A stretch of 27,993 nucleotides of DNA from Clostridia bacterium (GCA_045599485.1 JAZRWA010000093.1:1-27993); one strand, 5' to 3'. Positions 16,093 through 25,661 are shown, counted from the first letter of the stretch. The notes: generated by a model not told the origin, from the sequence alone. Numbers and translations are program-made.

Positions 16093-17124
16093 TTATTTTT
16101 CTTTCTTCTGCAGCATGACGGCGGCCACCACGATGAAGCCCTTGAAGGCCTCACGCAGGAAGGGCGGTACGCCGATCAGGTTGAGCAGGTTATTCATGAC
16201 GGCGATGATGAGCATGCCCAGCACCGTGCCCAGGATGGAGCCCTTGCCGCCACTCATGCTGGTGCCGCCGACCACGACCGCGGCGATGGCATCCATTTCG
16301 TAGCCGCTGCCCGCGTTGGCGTAGTCCATGCTGCCGATACGGGCGATCTGGATGACCGCGGTGATGGCCACCAGCACGCCGGACAGCACATAGATCAGGG
16401 TCTTTACACGCTCGACATTGACACCGGACAGGCGGGCCGCGCGCTCATTGGAACCGATGGCATAGACATGACGGCCAAAGGTCGTCCGCTTGGAGACGAT
16501 GTGCAGCAGCAGCGCGATCACAAACCAATAGATGATCGGCAGAATGATCTCACCGCCGATGCGGGTGTTGGCAATGGCCAGGAAATCTCTGGGCACCTTC
16601 ACGCCGACCGTCTGCATGAACTGCTGCGTCACGCTGCGGCAGATTTTCATCATGCCCAAAGTGGCAATGAAGGCGGGAATTTTGCTGCGCGCGATCAGCA
16701 CGCCGTTGATGCCGCCGATGGCCGCGCCGGCCAGCAGCGCCGCCGCGATGCCGATGATGAAGGCGGGAACGCCGGTAATGCCGACAGCCGTCAGCACGCC
16801 CGCCGCGTTGCTGTTGATGAGCACCATCATGATGGCGCCGACCGCCACCAGCGTGGAACCGACCGCCAGATCGATACCGCCGGAGATGATGACAAACGTC
16901 ATGCCCAGGGCGACAATGCCGACGCCGGCGTTGTTGCGCAGGATGTTGATCCAGTTTTTGCCCCAGTTGGTAAACCATTCACCGAAGCTGGCGTAGTTGA
17001 AGCCCAGCGCGATCGTCTGGATGATGATCATCAGGATCAGCACGGTGCCGGTCGAAATGAGGGGATTCTCCTGCCATTTGTCGATAAACCGGTGAAGGGG
17101 ATTTTTGCGTTTTTCAATCGTCAT
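16093..17124 (-). CDS. Sugar ABC transporter permease (ribose/xylose-type, BPD_transp_2 family)
   Basis: Polytopic membrane ORF. The ATG at 17124 has a GGAGGAAG RBS. Its hydrophobic repeat pattern is typical of RbsC-like permeases. Confidence 0.9.
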   Translation of the reverse strand: MTIEKRKNPLHRFIDKWQENPLISTGTVLILMIIIQTIALGFNYASFGEWFTNWGKNWINILRNNAGVGIVALGMTFVIISGGIDLAVGSTLVAVGAIMMVLINSNAAGVLTAVGITGVPAFIIGIAAALLAGAAIGGINGVLIARSKIPAFIATLGMMKICRSVTQQFMQTVGVKVPRDFLAIANTRIGGEIILPIIYWFVIALLLHIVSKRTTFGRHVYAIGSNERAARLSGVNVERVKTLIYVLSGVLVAITAVIQIARIGSMDYANAGSGYEMDAIAAVVVGGTSMSGGKGSILGTVLGMLIIAVMNNLLNLIGVPPFLREAFKGFIVVAAVMLQKKEK

Positions 17125-17173
17125 AACAATCTTCCTCCGGGATGGATGTAATATCATTTATCGCTTTGGGTGA

Positions 17174-18652
17174 TCAGCCGCCGGTGGCCATGCGCATGAT
17201 GTTATCCTCTGTCATGGTGCTGCCGGAAACCTCGCCGCAAATATCCCCGTGGTACATGACCAGGGCGCGTCCGCAGACACGGATGATTTCTTGCGCTTCG
17301 TTGGACAGCACCACCACGGCAACGCCCTGCCGGGCCAGCTGCAGAATGATATCGTAGATCTCTTCCTTGGCGCCGACATCAACGCCCTGCGTCGGGTTAT
17401 CCAGCACTAGCAGTTTGGGCTTGGCCATCAGCCATTTGGCCAGCACGACCTTTTGCTGATTGCCGCCGGAAAGGCTGCCGATGGGGTCGGAGGGCTTGCC
17501 CATTTTGATGCGCAGATCCTCTTTTTGCCGGTTGAAGGCGGCCCGCTGACGGATCCTGCTGATCAGGCCGAAACGCCTAAGCTGCTTCATGGTGATGATG
17601 GTGCCGTTATCGAGGATGTCCATATCCTTGATGATGGCGTTTTCCTTGCGGTTGCGCGGCACATAACCGACACCCAGCTGCATGGCATGCTGAATGGAGC
17701 GGATCGCCGTTTCCTTTCCGGAAAGGAAGATCCTGCCGCTGTATTTGTTCATATCGCCAAAGACGGTGCGGAAGACCTCGCTGCGTCCGTCGCCCAGCAG
17801 ACCGGTGACGCCCAGCACCTCGCCGGCATGCACCTGCATGTTGATGTGGCGGTAGCAGGGCTCGAGGGTCAGATCCTCCAGACGAAGGACCTCCTCGCCC
17901 CGCGCGGCGTTTTGCTCCAGCGCGTCCATGCGCACATCATGTCCTACCATGTCATGTGACAGCGCGGCAATGGTGGTATCCTTGACATCGCCGGCGGAAA
18001 CCATGTTGCCGTCGCGAAGCACCACGTATTTATCGCAGATCTCCATCACCTCGCGCAGCTTGTGCGAGATGAAGATCACGCCGACATTTTGCTTTTTGAG
18101 GGAACGGAGCATATCAAAAACGCGCTCGATCTCCGGATCGGTCAGGGAGGTGGTGGGCTCATCCATGATGATTATGGAAGCGTCCATCATCAGCGCGCGT
18201 GAAATTTCGGTAATCTGTTTATAGCTGGCATCCAGGGAGGCCACCTGCACCGCGGGGTCGATATCAATGTTCAGCCTGCGGAACAGTTCCCTTGTCTGCT
18301 TCAATTCTTCCTTGTGGTCGATCAGTCCGGCTTTGGAGACGATCTCCCTGCCGATGAACATGTTTTCGTACACGGGCAGATCGTTGATCAGATTCAGCTC
18401 CTGATGAATGAAAGCGACCCCGGCATTCAGGGACTGTGCCGGAGAAGCAAAGGTGACAGGCTTTCCGTCCAGCAGGATCTGGCCAGCATCGGGGCGAAGG
18501 ACACCGCCCAGGATATTCATCAGGGTCGATTTTCCGGCGCCGTTCTCTCCCAGCAGGGCGCAGATCTCACCGGATTCCAGTGAAAAATCCACCTTTTTGA
18601 GTACGTCATTGGCGCCGAAGGATTTTACGATCCCCTTCATGGATAGATTCAT
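17174..18652 (-). CDS. Sugar ABC transporter ATP-binding protein with two fused ATPase domains (RbsA/MglA-like)
   Basis: Walker A is GENGAGKST. The second-domain signature is LSGGNQQKV, and Walker B is IIIMDEPT. I chose the ATG at 18652 (MNLSMKGIVKSFG). Confidence 0.9.
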   Translation of the reverse strand: MNLSMKGIVKSFGANDVLKKVDFSLESGEICALLGENGAGKSTLMNILGGVLRPDAGQILLDGKPVTFASPAQSLNAGVAFIHQELNLINDLPVYENMFIGREIVSKAGLIDHKEELKQTRELFRRLNIDIDPAVQVASLDASYKQITEISRALMMDASIIIMDEPTTSLTDPEIERVFDMLRSLKKQNVGVIFISHKLREVMEICDKYVVLRDGNMVSAGDVKDTTIAALSHDMVGHDVRMDALEQNAARGEEVLRLEDLTLEPCYRHINMQVHAGEVLGVTGLLGDGRSEVFRTVFGDMNKYSGRIFLSGKETAIRSIQHAMQLGVGYVPRNRKENAIIKDMDILDNGTIITMKQLRRFGLISRIRQRAAFNRQKEDLRIKMGKPSDPIGSLSGGNQQKVVLAKWLMAKPKLLVLDNPTQGVDVGAKEEIYDIILQLARQGVAVVVLSNEAQEIIRVCGRALVMYHGDICGEVSGSTMTEDNIMRMATGG

Positions 18653-18738
18653 GGCTTCACATCCTTGTTTGCCCCCGGGCACGCAGCACGGTATGTTCAG
18701 GGGCTCTTGTTTCTTCTTGTTTTCGGCAGTAATACGGG

Positions 18739-18816
18739 GTTGCGCCTCTGGGCTTCCCCGGAGGCGCAACGGCTTGTCCGCGTTTTAGGGACTGCCCCCC
18801 GAAGGAGGCAGTCCCT
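18739..18816 (-). other. Two strong intercistronic stem-loops between the binding-protein and ATPase genes
   Basis: Two 10-bp perfect stems: agggactgcc/ggcagtccct (18787-18816) and gttgcgcctc/gaggcgcaac (18739-18770). No U-tract follows on the minus strand, so these are more likely mRNA-stabilising or processing structures than full terminators. Confidence 0.5.
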
Positions 18817-18833
18817 GCTTATTTGCGTTCAGA

Positions 18834-19775
18834 TCAATAGATGGTGTTGCTGGGATCGAGGTAGCTTTCCACGTTTTCGCTGCTCACGATCTGGGAGGGG
18901 ATGACGGTCACGGCCTCAACGGGCTCGCCGGCCAGCTTGGCCAGGGCAACGTCGAAGCAGTCACGGATCATCAGGGGGCTGTACAGAGAAGAGCTGACAG
19001 CGATGTCCTTGTTCTCGGCGATCATGGCGAAGTATTCCTGGCAGCCGCCGCCGCCGGTGATGGCCTTGATGTCGGTACGGCCGGCATCTTCGATGGCCTG
19101 CAGAACACCGATGGAGGTTTCGTCATCCAGGGAGTACACAGCGTCGATCTGGGGATTGGCGGCCAGGATATCGGCGAAGTCCTTCAGACCGTCTTCACGG
19201 GTGAACTTGGTGGCGTATTCGATGACCTTCAGTTCGGGAGCGATTTCCTTGATGGTCTCGTTGAAGCCGGCCATGCGCAGCTCAGAAACGGAGCCGCTGG
19301 TGGGAACGGGCAGCGCCACGACGGTAGCGGTGGGGCCGACCTTTTCCACGATGAACTTGGCACCGGCCACGCCCATGGACTTGTTGTCGCCGGTGACCTT
19401 CAGGATGCCGTCAGCGTCGATGTCCATATCGAAGGCCACAACGATGAGGCCCTGATCGATGGCGTTCTGCACGGGCACTTCCATGCCGGTCCACTGGGGA
19501 GCGATGACCAGGATCTTGGCGCCCCACAGGATGGCTTCATCCATCTGGGTGGTCATTTCTTCGGCGTTGCTGGAGGTGGTGAGCTTGTACTCGATGGTGC
19601 CGGCAGCAGCCAGTTCCTTGGCATAGGCTTCAGCCTGATAGGTGATGCCGCTGACCCAGCCATGCGTCATGACGGGCACGAGCACGCCGACCTTGACGGG
19701 AGCATCGGCCGCGAGGGCGGGCAGAACGCCCAGACACATCACGAGAGCGAGAACCAGAGCGAGAACCTTTTTCAT
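18834..19775 (-). CDS. Sugar ABC transporter substrate-binding protein (periplasmic-binding-protein type I fold)
   Basis: 313-aa ORF with an AAGGAGGA RBS and the signal peptide MKKVLALVLALVMCLGVLPALA. It heads the transporter gene order. Confidence 0.9.
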   Translation of the reverse strand: MKKVLALVLALVMCLGVLPALAADAPVKVGVLVPVMTHGWVSGITYQAEAYAKELAAAGTIEYKLTTSSNAEEMTTQMDEAILWGAKILVIAPQWTGMEVPVQNAIDQGLIVVAFDMDIDADGILKVTGDNKSMGVAGAKFIVEKVGPTATVVALPVPTSGSVSELRMAGFNETIKEIAPELKVIEYATKFTREDGLKDFADILAANPQIDAVYSLDDETSIGVLQAIEDAGRTDIKAITGGGGCQEYFAMIAENKDIAVSSSLYSPLMIRDCFDVALAKLAGEPVEAVTVIPSQIVSSENVESYLDPSNTIY

Positions 19776-19871
19776 GAGGGATCCTCCTTCAGAAAATGAA
19801 TTTCAGAGACCTGTACACCCGTTTTCTTCTTATTTCATGTCGATTTCGGGCGTACAATTCCCTTTTAAGGC

Positions 19872-19900
19872 ATTTTATAATATTGCCTGTCAAAAGTCAA
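19872..19900 (-). promoter_or_regulatory. Candidate promoter of the ABC/catabolic operon (-35 TTGACT, 17 nt, -10 TAAAAT)
   Basis: On the minus strand, TTGACT is at 19900-19895 and TAAAAT at 19877-19872. Confidence 0.45.
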
Positions 19901-19957
19901 TGATTTGTACTGTTGTTACATTTTGTTACATTTTTCTTCCCATTCCGCACAAATGGA

Positions 19958-19987
19958 CAAAAAAAGAGAGGGCTCCCGCGCTCTCTT
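19958..19987 (-). terminator. Terminator candidate after the LacI-family gene
   Basis: Stem agagag/ctctct around a GC-rich loop region (19965-19986). On the minus strand it is followed by TTTTTTT. It sits 10 nt after the stop codon. Confidence 0.55.
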
Positions 19988-19996
19988 TGTTGTTTT

Positions 19997-20980
19997 TTAT
20001 GTGGATTCGCGCACGATCAGCTCATGCGGAAGATAGATGCTGCTTTGACGGACCGCCCCGCCGATGCGGTCCAGCAGCAGCTGCATGGCGGTGGAGCCGA
20101 TCTGCTCCCGCGGCTGCGCCACGGTGGTGATCTGCGGCGTGAGCTGCGTACAGAGCTTGATGTTATCCACGCCGATGACGGCGATATCGCCGGGAACGCC
20201 GAGCCCCCGGCTCTGGATGGCGCGGATGGCCCCCGCAGCCACATGATCCGAAATGGCAAACACCGCGCGGGGGATCTTGTCACCCTGCAAAAAGCTCTGC
20301 ATGCCGATAAAGCCGCTTTCATAGGAATAGCTGGCGCGGTAGATGGGCTTTTCCCGTCGGGATTCGCCCGCCGCCTTCAGAGCATCGGTAAAAGCTTTTT
20401 CGCGCAGGCGGGTGGAAATGAAACGGTTGGCGGAGGACAGCATGACAATGTCATCATAGCCCCGCTGCAGCAGGAATTCGGTCGCCTGCCGCCCCACCGC
20501 GTAGTTATCGACCGAAACGTGGATGATCTCCGCCGCGTCCGCATATTCGCAGCACTGCACGGTGGGAAAACGCTCGGCGATGCTTTGCATCTCCTCCGCG
20601 GGCAGGACGGAGGACAGGAAGATGACGCCGTCCGCCTGCCGGTTGTGCAGGATGCGCATGATTTCCCTTTCGCGCTCCACCATGGAGTTGGTGGCCGCCA
20701 CCATCAGGGTATAATCGTTTTTCAGCGCGGTGTCGTTGAGACCGCTGATCACATCGCTCATGAAGCTGTTGCGGAAATCGGGCAGCACCACCAGGATGCG
20801 CTGTGTGCCGGCGGCGTATTGGGCGCTGCGGTTGATCACCAAAGAGTACCCCAGCTTTTCGGCGGCTTCGTTGACCTTGTTCACCGTTTTGCGGGAGACT
20901 TTTTCGGGCGTATTCAGCACGCGGGAGACCGTTGCGGTCGATACCCCGGCTTCGGCAGCGACGTCCCTGATGGTCGGCAT
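19997..20980 (-). CDS. LacI/GalR-family transcriptional regulator
   Basis: N-terminal HTH MPTIRDVAAEAGVSTATVSRVLN. The ATG at 20980 has an AGGAGGAAG RBS. The rest is a periplasmic-binding-protein-like sugar-binding core. Confidence 0.9.
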   Translation of the reverse strand: MPTIRDVAAEAGVSTATVSRVLNTPEKVSRKTVNKVNEAAEKLGYSLVINRSAQYAAGTQRILVVLPDFRNSFMSDVISGLNDTALKNDYTLMVAATNSMVEREREIMRILHNRQADGVIFLSSVLPAEEMQSIAERFPTVQCCEYADAAEIIHVSVDNYAVGRQATEFLLQRGYDDIVMLSSANRFISTRLREKAFTDALKAAGESRREKPIYRASYSYESGFIGMQSFLQGDKIPRAVFAISDHVAAGAIRAIQSRGLGVPGDIAVIGVDNIKLCTQLTPQITTVAQPREQIGSTAMQLLLDRIGGAVRQSSIYLPHELIVREST

Positions 20981-21130
20981 GGCTTCCTCCTGTGATACAG
21001 AAAACAGCAGCATTGGAGCGGATAATCTGCTTTCATTATATGAATGCCGCGGCAAATGTCAATGTTTCGGCAGTGAAGGACGAACGGCATCGGCAGGAAA
21101 AGATACAAAAAGTTTATTTGTGTTTTGTTC

Positions 21131-21159
21131 TTGATTTCATTTCCCTCTTACACTATAAT
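21131..21159 (+). promoter_or_regulatory. Candidate promoter (-35 TTGATT, 17 nt, -10 TATAAT) for the divergent TIM-barrel gene
   Basis: TTGATT is at 21131-21136 and TATAAT at 21154-21159. Confidence 0.55.
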
Positions 21160-21235
21160 GGAACCAGAGTAACGGGCTTGTTTTGCCTGTTGCGGGATAT
21201 TTATACAGCATCATATAGAAAGGGATGACAAGCCC

Positions 21236-22150
21236 ATGAAACTCGGTCTCGTCAGTGCCATTCTGGACGGATGGAATTTTGATGAAATGGCTGCCGCCGC
21301 CGCCAAGGCGGGCTATACCTGCGTGGAGGTCGCCTGCTGGCCCGTCGGCAAAGCCGAACGCCGCTATGCCGGCGTCAGCCACATCAATGTGGATACGCTT
21401 GATGACGCGCAGGCCGCGCACATTCACGAAGTCTGTGCCCAATACAATCTGGAAATTTCCGCCCTCGCCTATTATTCCAACTGTCTGGACAGCAACCCCG
21501 ACAAGCGGGAGACCAGCATCCGGCACCTGCTGAAGGTGATCGACGCCAGCGCGGCGTTGGGCGTCAACCTGGTCACCACCTTCATCGGACGCGACCAGTA
21601 TAAAAACGTGGAAGAGAACCTGCAGCTTGTCAGCGAGATCTGGCCGCCCATCCTGGAACACGCCAAGAGCAAGGGCGTGCGTGTGGCCATTGAAAACTGC
21701 CCCATGCTCTTTGGTCCCGATCAGTGGCCGGGCGGACAGAACATCATGACCACGCCCGACCTGTGGCGCAAAATTTTTGCCCTTCTGCCCTATGACAACT
21801 TCGGTCTGAACTTTGATCCGTCCCACTTTGTGTGGCAGATGATGGACTACATCAAGCCCATCTATGAGTTCAAGGACAAGCTGTTCCACATCCACTTCAA
21901 GGACATCAAGCTGTACCCCGACCGTCTGAACGAGGTGGGCATCATGGCCTATCCCCTCTCCTACATGAGCCCCAAGCTGCCGGGTCTGGGCGATGTGAAC
22001 TGGGGCAAGTTTGTCTCCGCGCTGACCGATATCGGCTATGACGGCCCCGCCTGCGTGGAGGTGGAAGACAAGTCCTTTGAAGGCACCCGGGAAAAGATCC
22101 TCGATTCGCTCCGCCTGTCCTGCAAGTGCATTTCGCAGTACATGCCCTGA
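21236..22150 (+). CDS. Xylose-isomerase-like TIM-barrel sugar-phosphate isomerase/epimerase (intact paralogue-type gene)
   Basis: 304-aa ORF with family-typical motifs (YTCVEVA, VRVAIENCP, LNFDPSHFVWQ, HIHFKD, ACVEVED). Confidence 0.9.
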   Translation: MKLGLVSAILDGWNFDEMAAAAAKAGYTCVEVACWPVGKAERRYAGVSHINVDTLDDAQAAHIHEVCAQYNLEISALAYYSNCLDSNPDKRETSIRHLLKVIDASAALGVNLVTTFIGRDQYKNVEENLQLVSEIWPPILEHAKSKGVRVAIENCPMLFGPDQWPGGQNIMTTPDLWRKIFALLPYDNFGLNFDPSHFVWQMMDYIKPIYEFKDKLFHIHFKDIKLYPDRLNEVGIMAYPLSYMSPKLPGLGDVNWGKFVSALTDIGYDGPACVEVEDKSFEGTREKILDSLRLSCKCISQYMP

Positions 22151-22167
22151 CAAGAGCGGCATGATGG

Positions 22168-22197
22168 GAAGCGGCCCAAAAAGCCGCTTCTTTTTTT
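22168..22197 (+). terminator. Rho-independent terminator
   Basis: An 8-bp stem (gaagcggc / gccgcttc) with a 7-nt loop, followed by TTTTTTT. Confidence 0.85.
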
Positions 22198-22207
22198 GTT
22201 TTTTCTC

Positions 22208-22236
22208 TTGAAAGGCCGAAAAAGATGTGATATGGT
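22208..22236 (+). promoter_or_regulatory. Candidate promoter of the GGDEF-EAL gene (-35 TTGAAA, 17 nt, extended -10 TGaTATGGT)
   Basis: TTGAAA is at 22208-22213 and TATGGT at 22231-22236. Confidence 0.5.
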
Positions 22237-22323
22237 AATAGACAGAAGATGTATACAACACCATAGACCGCGTTTGGAGCTGCCCGCCGCGACTGCAAAA
22301 CGCGATCATCAAGGAGCGGTCAT

Positions 22324-24864
22324 ATGGATGCCTTCTGTCCGATCTTGTATGGAAAAAAGAATATCAATGCCGGATTTTTCGATCAGACAGCGTTTGACGA
22401 AAAATTTGAGATCGAGCCGGAGAACGATTTCGTCCGGAATCTTTATCATATTGAAAACAAATACCTGGTTCCCGTGCTGTCGGGCGGCTTCCGGGACATG
22501 GTTGCCTATTGCAGCAAAAACCTGATCCATCCCGCCGACCGGAATTACGATGCGCTGATGGACCCGGACACCATGGCGGAGCGCTTTGCCCGGGCCGAGG
22601 ACGGCATGCTGCGCGCGCAGTTCCGCCACAAGCTGGTGGACGGCTCCTACCGTTGGGTGCGGTACATCGGCCTCACCGGCGAGGAGCGCGGCGTACCCGC
22701 GGGAAAGATCTATTTTTACATCTATGACGTTCAGAACCAGATGGACCGTCTGGAGGGGCGCACCCACAGCACCCTGTACAAAAAAGACCGCGACTCGCTG
22801 ACGGGACTGAGGACCCCGGAGGACTTTTTTCCCGCCCTTGCGGAAAAAGCAGCTCACAGCTGCAATACCGCCAAATGGTGCTGCGTCGCCATCGATATTC
22901 AGCATTTTACGGTGTTCAACGCCTGGTTCGGGCACGAAAAGGGCGACTACCTTTTGTCCCGCATCGGCAGCTATCTGTCCTCGCTGGAAGACACATAGGA
23001 CGCGGTGGCGGCTTACTTCGGGCGGGATAACTTTGCCGTTTTTCTCCGCCATGACCAAAAAAAGATCGAGGAAATATACACCTCGATCCGCCGCCTGATC
23101 TTTTCCCATGCCAATGTGGCGGGCTTTTTGCCGGCCCTGGGCGTATATGTGCTCAAGGAAGGCGAAAAGCCCGGCCTGCAGATCTATGACAACGCCCACC
23201 TTCCCCTGGAGGACGCCAAGAAGAATTATACCGAGCGCGTCCGTTATTTTGACTCCACCGGATATGAAAAGACACGGAAGAATTTTGAATTCCTGACCGA
23301 TTTTCAACGGGCCATCCGCGAGGAGGAGATCACCTTTTACCTGCAGCCCCAATGCCGCGTTGCCGACGGAAAGATCGTGGGCAGCGAGGTGCTGGCCCGC
23401 TGGGTGCGCAAGGACGGCACCGTCATGACCCCCGGAAGCTTTATCCCCTTTCTGGAGGCTAACGGCTTTATCACTGAGCTGGACAAGCACATCTGGGATC
23501 AGGCCTGCCAATGGATCCGCAGCCTGATGGACCGCGGCCTTGACCCCCTGCCCGTATCGATCAATGTATCGCAGATCGACCTGCTGAGCATGGATGTGGC
23601 GGAATACCTGGGCTCCCTGACGCGGCAGTACAGCATTGCCCCCGAATACATCAAGGTGGAGATCACGGAATCCGCCTACGCGGAAAACTATGACACCATC
23701 TCCGCCGCCGTCACAGCGCTGAAAAAGCGCGGTTTTACCGTGTATCTGGACGATTTTGGGGCGGGGTATTCCTCCCTGAACCTGCTGGACAAGATCCATG
23801 TGGATCTGATCAAGCTGGACATGCTGTTTATCAAAAAGGATACCCGTCTGGACAAAAAGGGCATCAGCATTGTGGAATCCATCTTTGGCATGAGCAAAAT
23901 GCTGGGGCTGCCCGTCATTGTGGAGGGCGTGGAAAACGAGGAACAGCTGCGGTTTTTGAAAAATCTGGGCTGCCGCTACGCCCAGGGGTATTATTTCCAC
24001 AAGCCCCTGCCCATGGACGCGTTTGAACAGCTGCTGGCGGAGGGCAGCCGCATCGACCGCGGCGGGCTGGGAAAAACGACCTCCGGCTTTTTCCGCGCGC
24101 AGGAATTTTTGCGGGAAAACATGTTTACGGAAAGCACGCTGAACCGCATTCTGGGCGCGGTGGCCTATTATGCCCTGGAGGGCGACAACATCACCATCAC
24201 CCGCTTCAACGGGCCCTTCCGCAGCGCCATCGGCGATACGCAGATGGATCACCGCATCGTCAATATTCAAAACTTTGTAGTGCCGCAGGATCACCCCGCA
24301 CTGTATGAGGCGCTGCGGCGTGCCGAGCAGAACACCGCCGAGGGCGGACGGTGCGAGATCCGCTTCATCAAGTCCGACGGCAGCATTTTCTGGTTCCGGA
24401 TGCAGTTCTATTTTCTGCACGGCGATGAAAACCGCAAGCTGTTCTTTGGGCAGGTGGAGGACATCACCGGGCAGCGGGAGCAGACCCTGCACTTTTTTGA
24501 CGTGCTGCGCCGACAGGCGGATGTGACCATGTGCATCGAATTGGACCGCAACCGCATCCAATATGTCACCGGCGAAAACACCCTCTATCAGCCCGACCTG
24601 CCCTCCATTGCGCTGGACCAGAGCGTGCAGCAGACGGCGCAGAACCGCATCCCATTGGAAAAGGACCGTCAGGCCTTCCTTCACTTCTTTGACAAGGACC
24701 GCCTGCGGGAGGCGTATAACAAGGCCATCTACCACGAGGTGCTGACCATCGCTTTCCGCCTGCACGGTTTTCCGGAGCCGGTGGAGTTTTCCACCTATTC
24801 CATCCGCTACAGCAAGGACGACGATCTGATCGTATACGCCTTTGCCAAGCGGCGGCCGACGTAA
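22324..24864 (+). pseudogene. PAS-like / degenerate GGDEF (GRDNF) / EAL / C-terminal PAS c-di-GMP phosphodiesterase-type protein, interrupted by one in-frame TAG at 22996-22998 (a pseudogene under code 11, or a read-through gene)
   Basis: Track ORFs 22324..22998 and 23005..24864 share a frame. The TAG falls inside the GGDEF fold, between DIQHFTVFNAWFGHEKGDYLL and AAYFGRDNFAVFL. EAL motifs are intact (EVLARW, DDFGAGYSSL, EGVENEEQ). There is an AAGGAG RBS. Confidence 0.8.
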
Positions 24865-25028
24865 AAAAGCTTCACAAACCCGATGTTTTTGCCCGCGTCT
24901 CCGGCCCTCTTCCACCCCTCTCCCCAGCCCGCTGCCGCCTCATTTTGGATCAAAAACGCCCCTTTTTTGCCCCACCGCACCGCGTCCGGGGCGTATCCCA
25001 TGATTGCCGTAAAGGAGGACGACCCCAC

Positions 25029-25643
25029 ATGAAAAAATGGCTTTGCACCCTGCTGTGCCTGTTGCTGTCCCTCTGCCTGGCGGCCGCCGCGGAACAGGCG
25101 CCCTTTGCCTACCTGCACGACCCCACCCTCAACCCCTCCGCCATGGCGGACATCGTGGCGGACCCCCACGCCGTGTACGGCTTCTCGCCCAGCCCCGAAA
25201 GCAAGCGCCTCGGCTCCTATGCGGAGTTTGACTGGACCGACCCCGAGTTTGTGGCCCGGGCACGCCAGGAGCGCCTCGATTATCACGAATCGCTCTTTTC
25301 CCTCTACGACCTGATGCAGCAGATGGAGTTTGCCGGCTGTACATTGGAGGAGATCGCCCGTGCCGTCAGCCACGAGCGCAACATGCTGCGGCTTGATGCC
25401 TACCGGGATAACCCCGAGGGCCTGGCCGCCGTCCTGGCCAGCAATCTGGCATCCTACGGCAGCGAGGAAGGCCCCACCGCCGATTCACTGTACGAAAAAT
25501 ACGGCAGCTGGGAGACCGTGCTGGAAAAAGCCTTCAGCATCAACAGCGGCATGGACGCCGTCTGCGGCCTGTATGACGATTTCTATTATGTGTATGTCAA
25601 ATCCGGCCAGGTGGCGGATGACGGTCTGACCAAGGGACGGTAA
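25029..25643 (+). CDS. Secreted hypothetical protein (204 aa)
   Basis: The ATG at 25029 has an AAGGAGGA RBS. The signal peptide is MKKWLCTLLCLLLSLCLAAAA. I recognise no domain. Confidence 0.7.
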   Translation: MKKWLCTLLCLLLSLCLAAAAEQAPFAYLHDPTLNPSAMADIVADPHAVYGFSPSPESKRLGSYAEFDWTDPEFVARARQERLDYHESLFSLYDLMQQMEFAGCTLEEIARAVSHERNMLRLDAYRDNPEGLAAVLASNLASYGSEEGPTADSLYEKYGSWETVLEKAFSINSGMDAVCGLYDDFYYVYVKSGQVADDGLTKGR

Positions 25644-25661
25644 AAAACGGCGTTTTCCCCA

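Noticed and set aside
22309-24915. 868-aa minus-strand ORF, the longest in the track
   Set aside because: It is an antisense shadow of the GGDEF-EAL gene. I recognise no motifs in it, and its composition is dominated by G/A/V/L/Q/H/D, as expected from reverse-reading GC3-rich codons. The plus strand carries unambiguous GGDEF and EAL motifs. That it spans the TAG site simply reflects CTA being a sense codon on the opposite strand.
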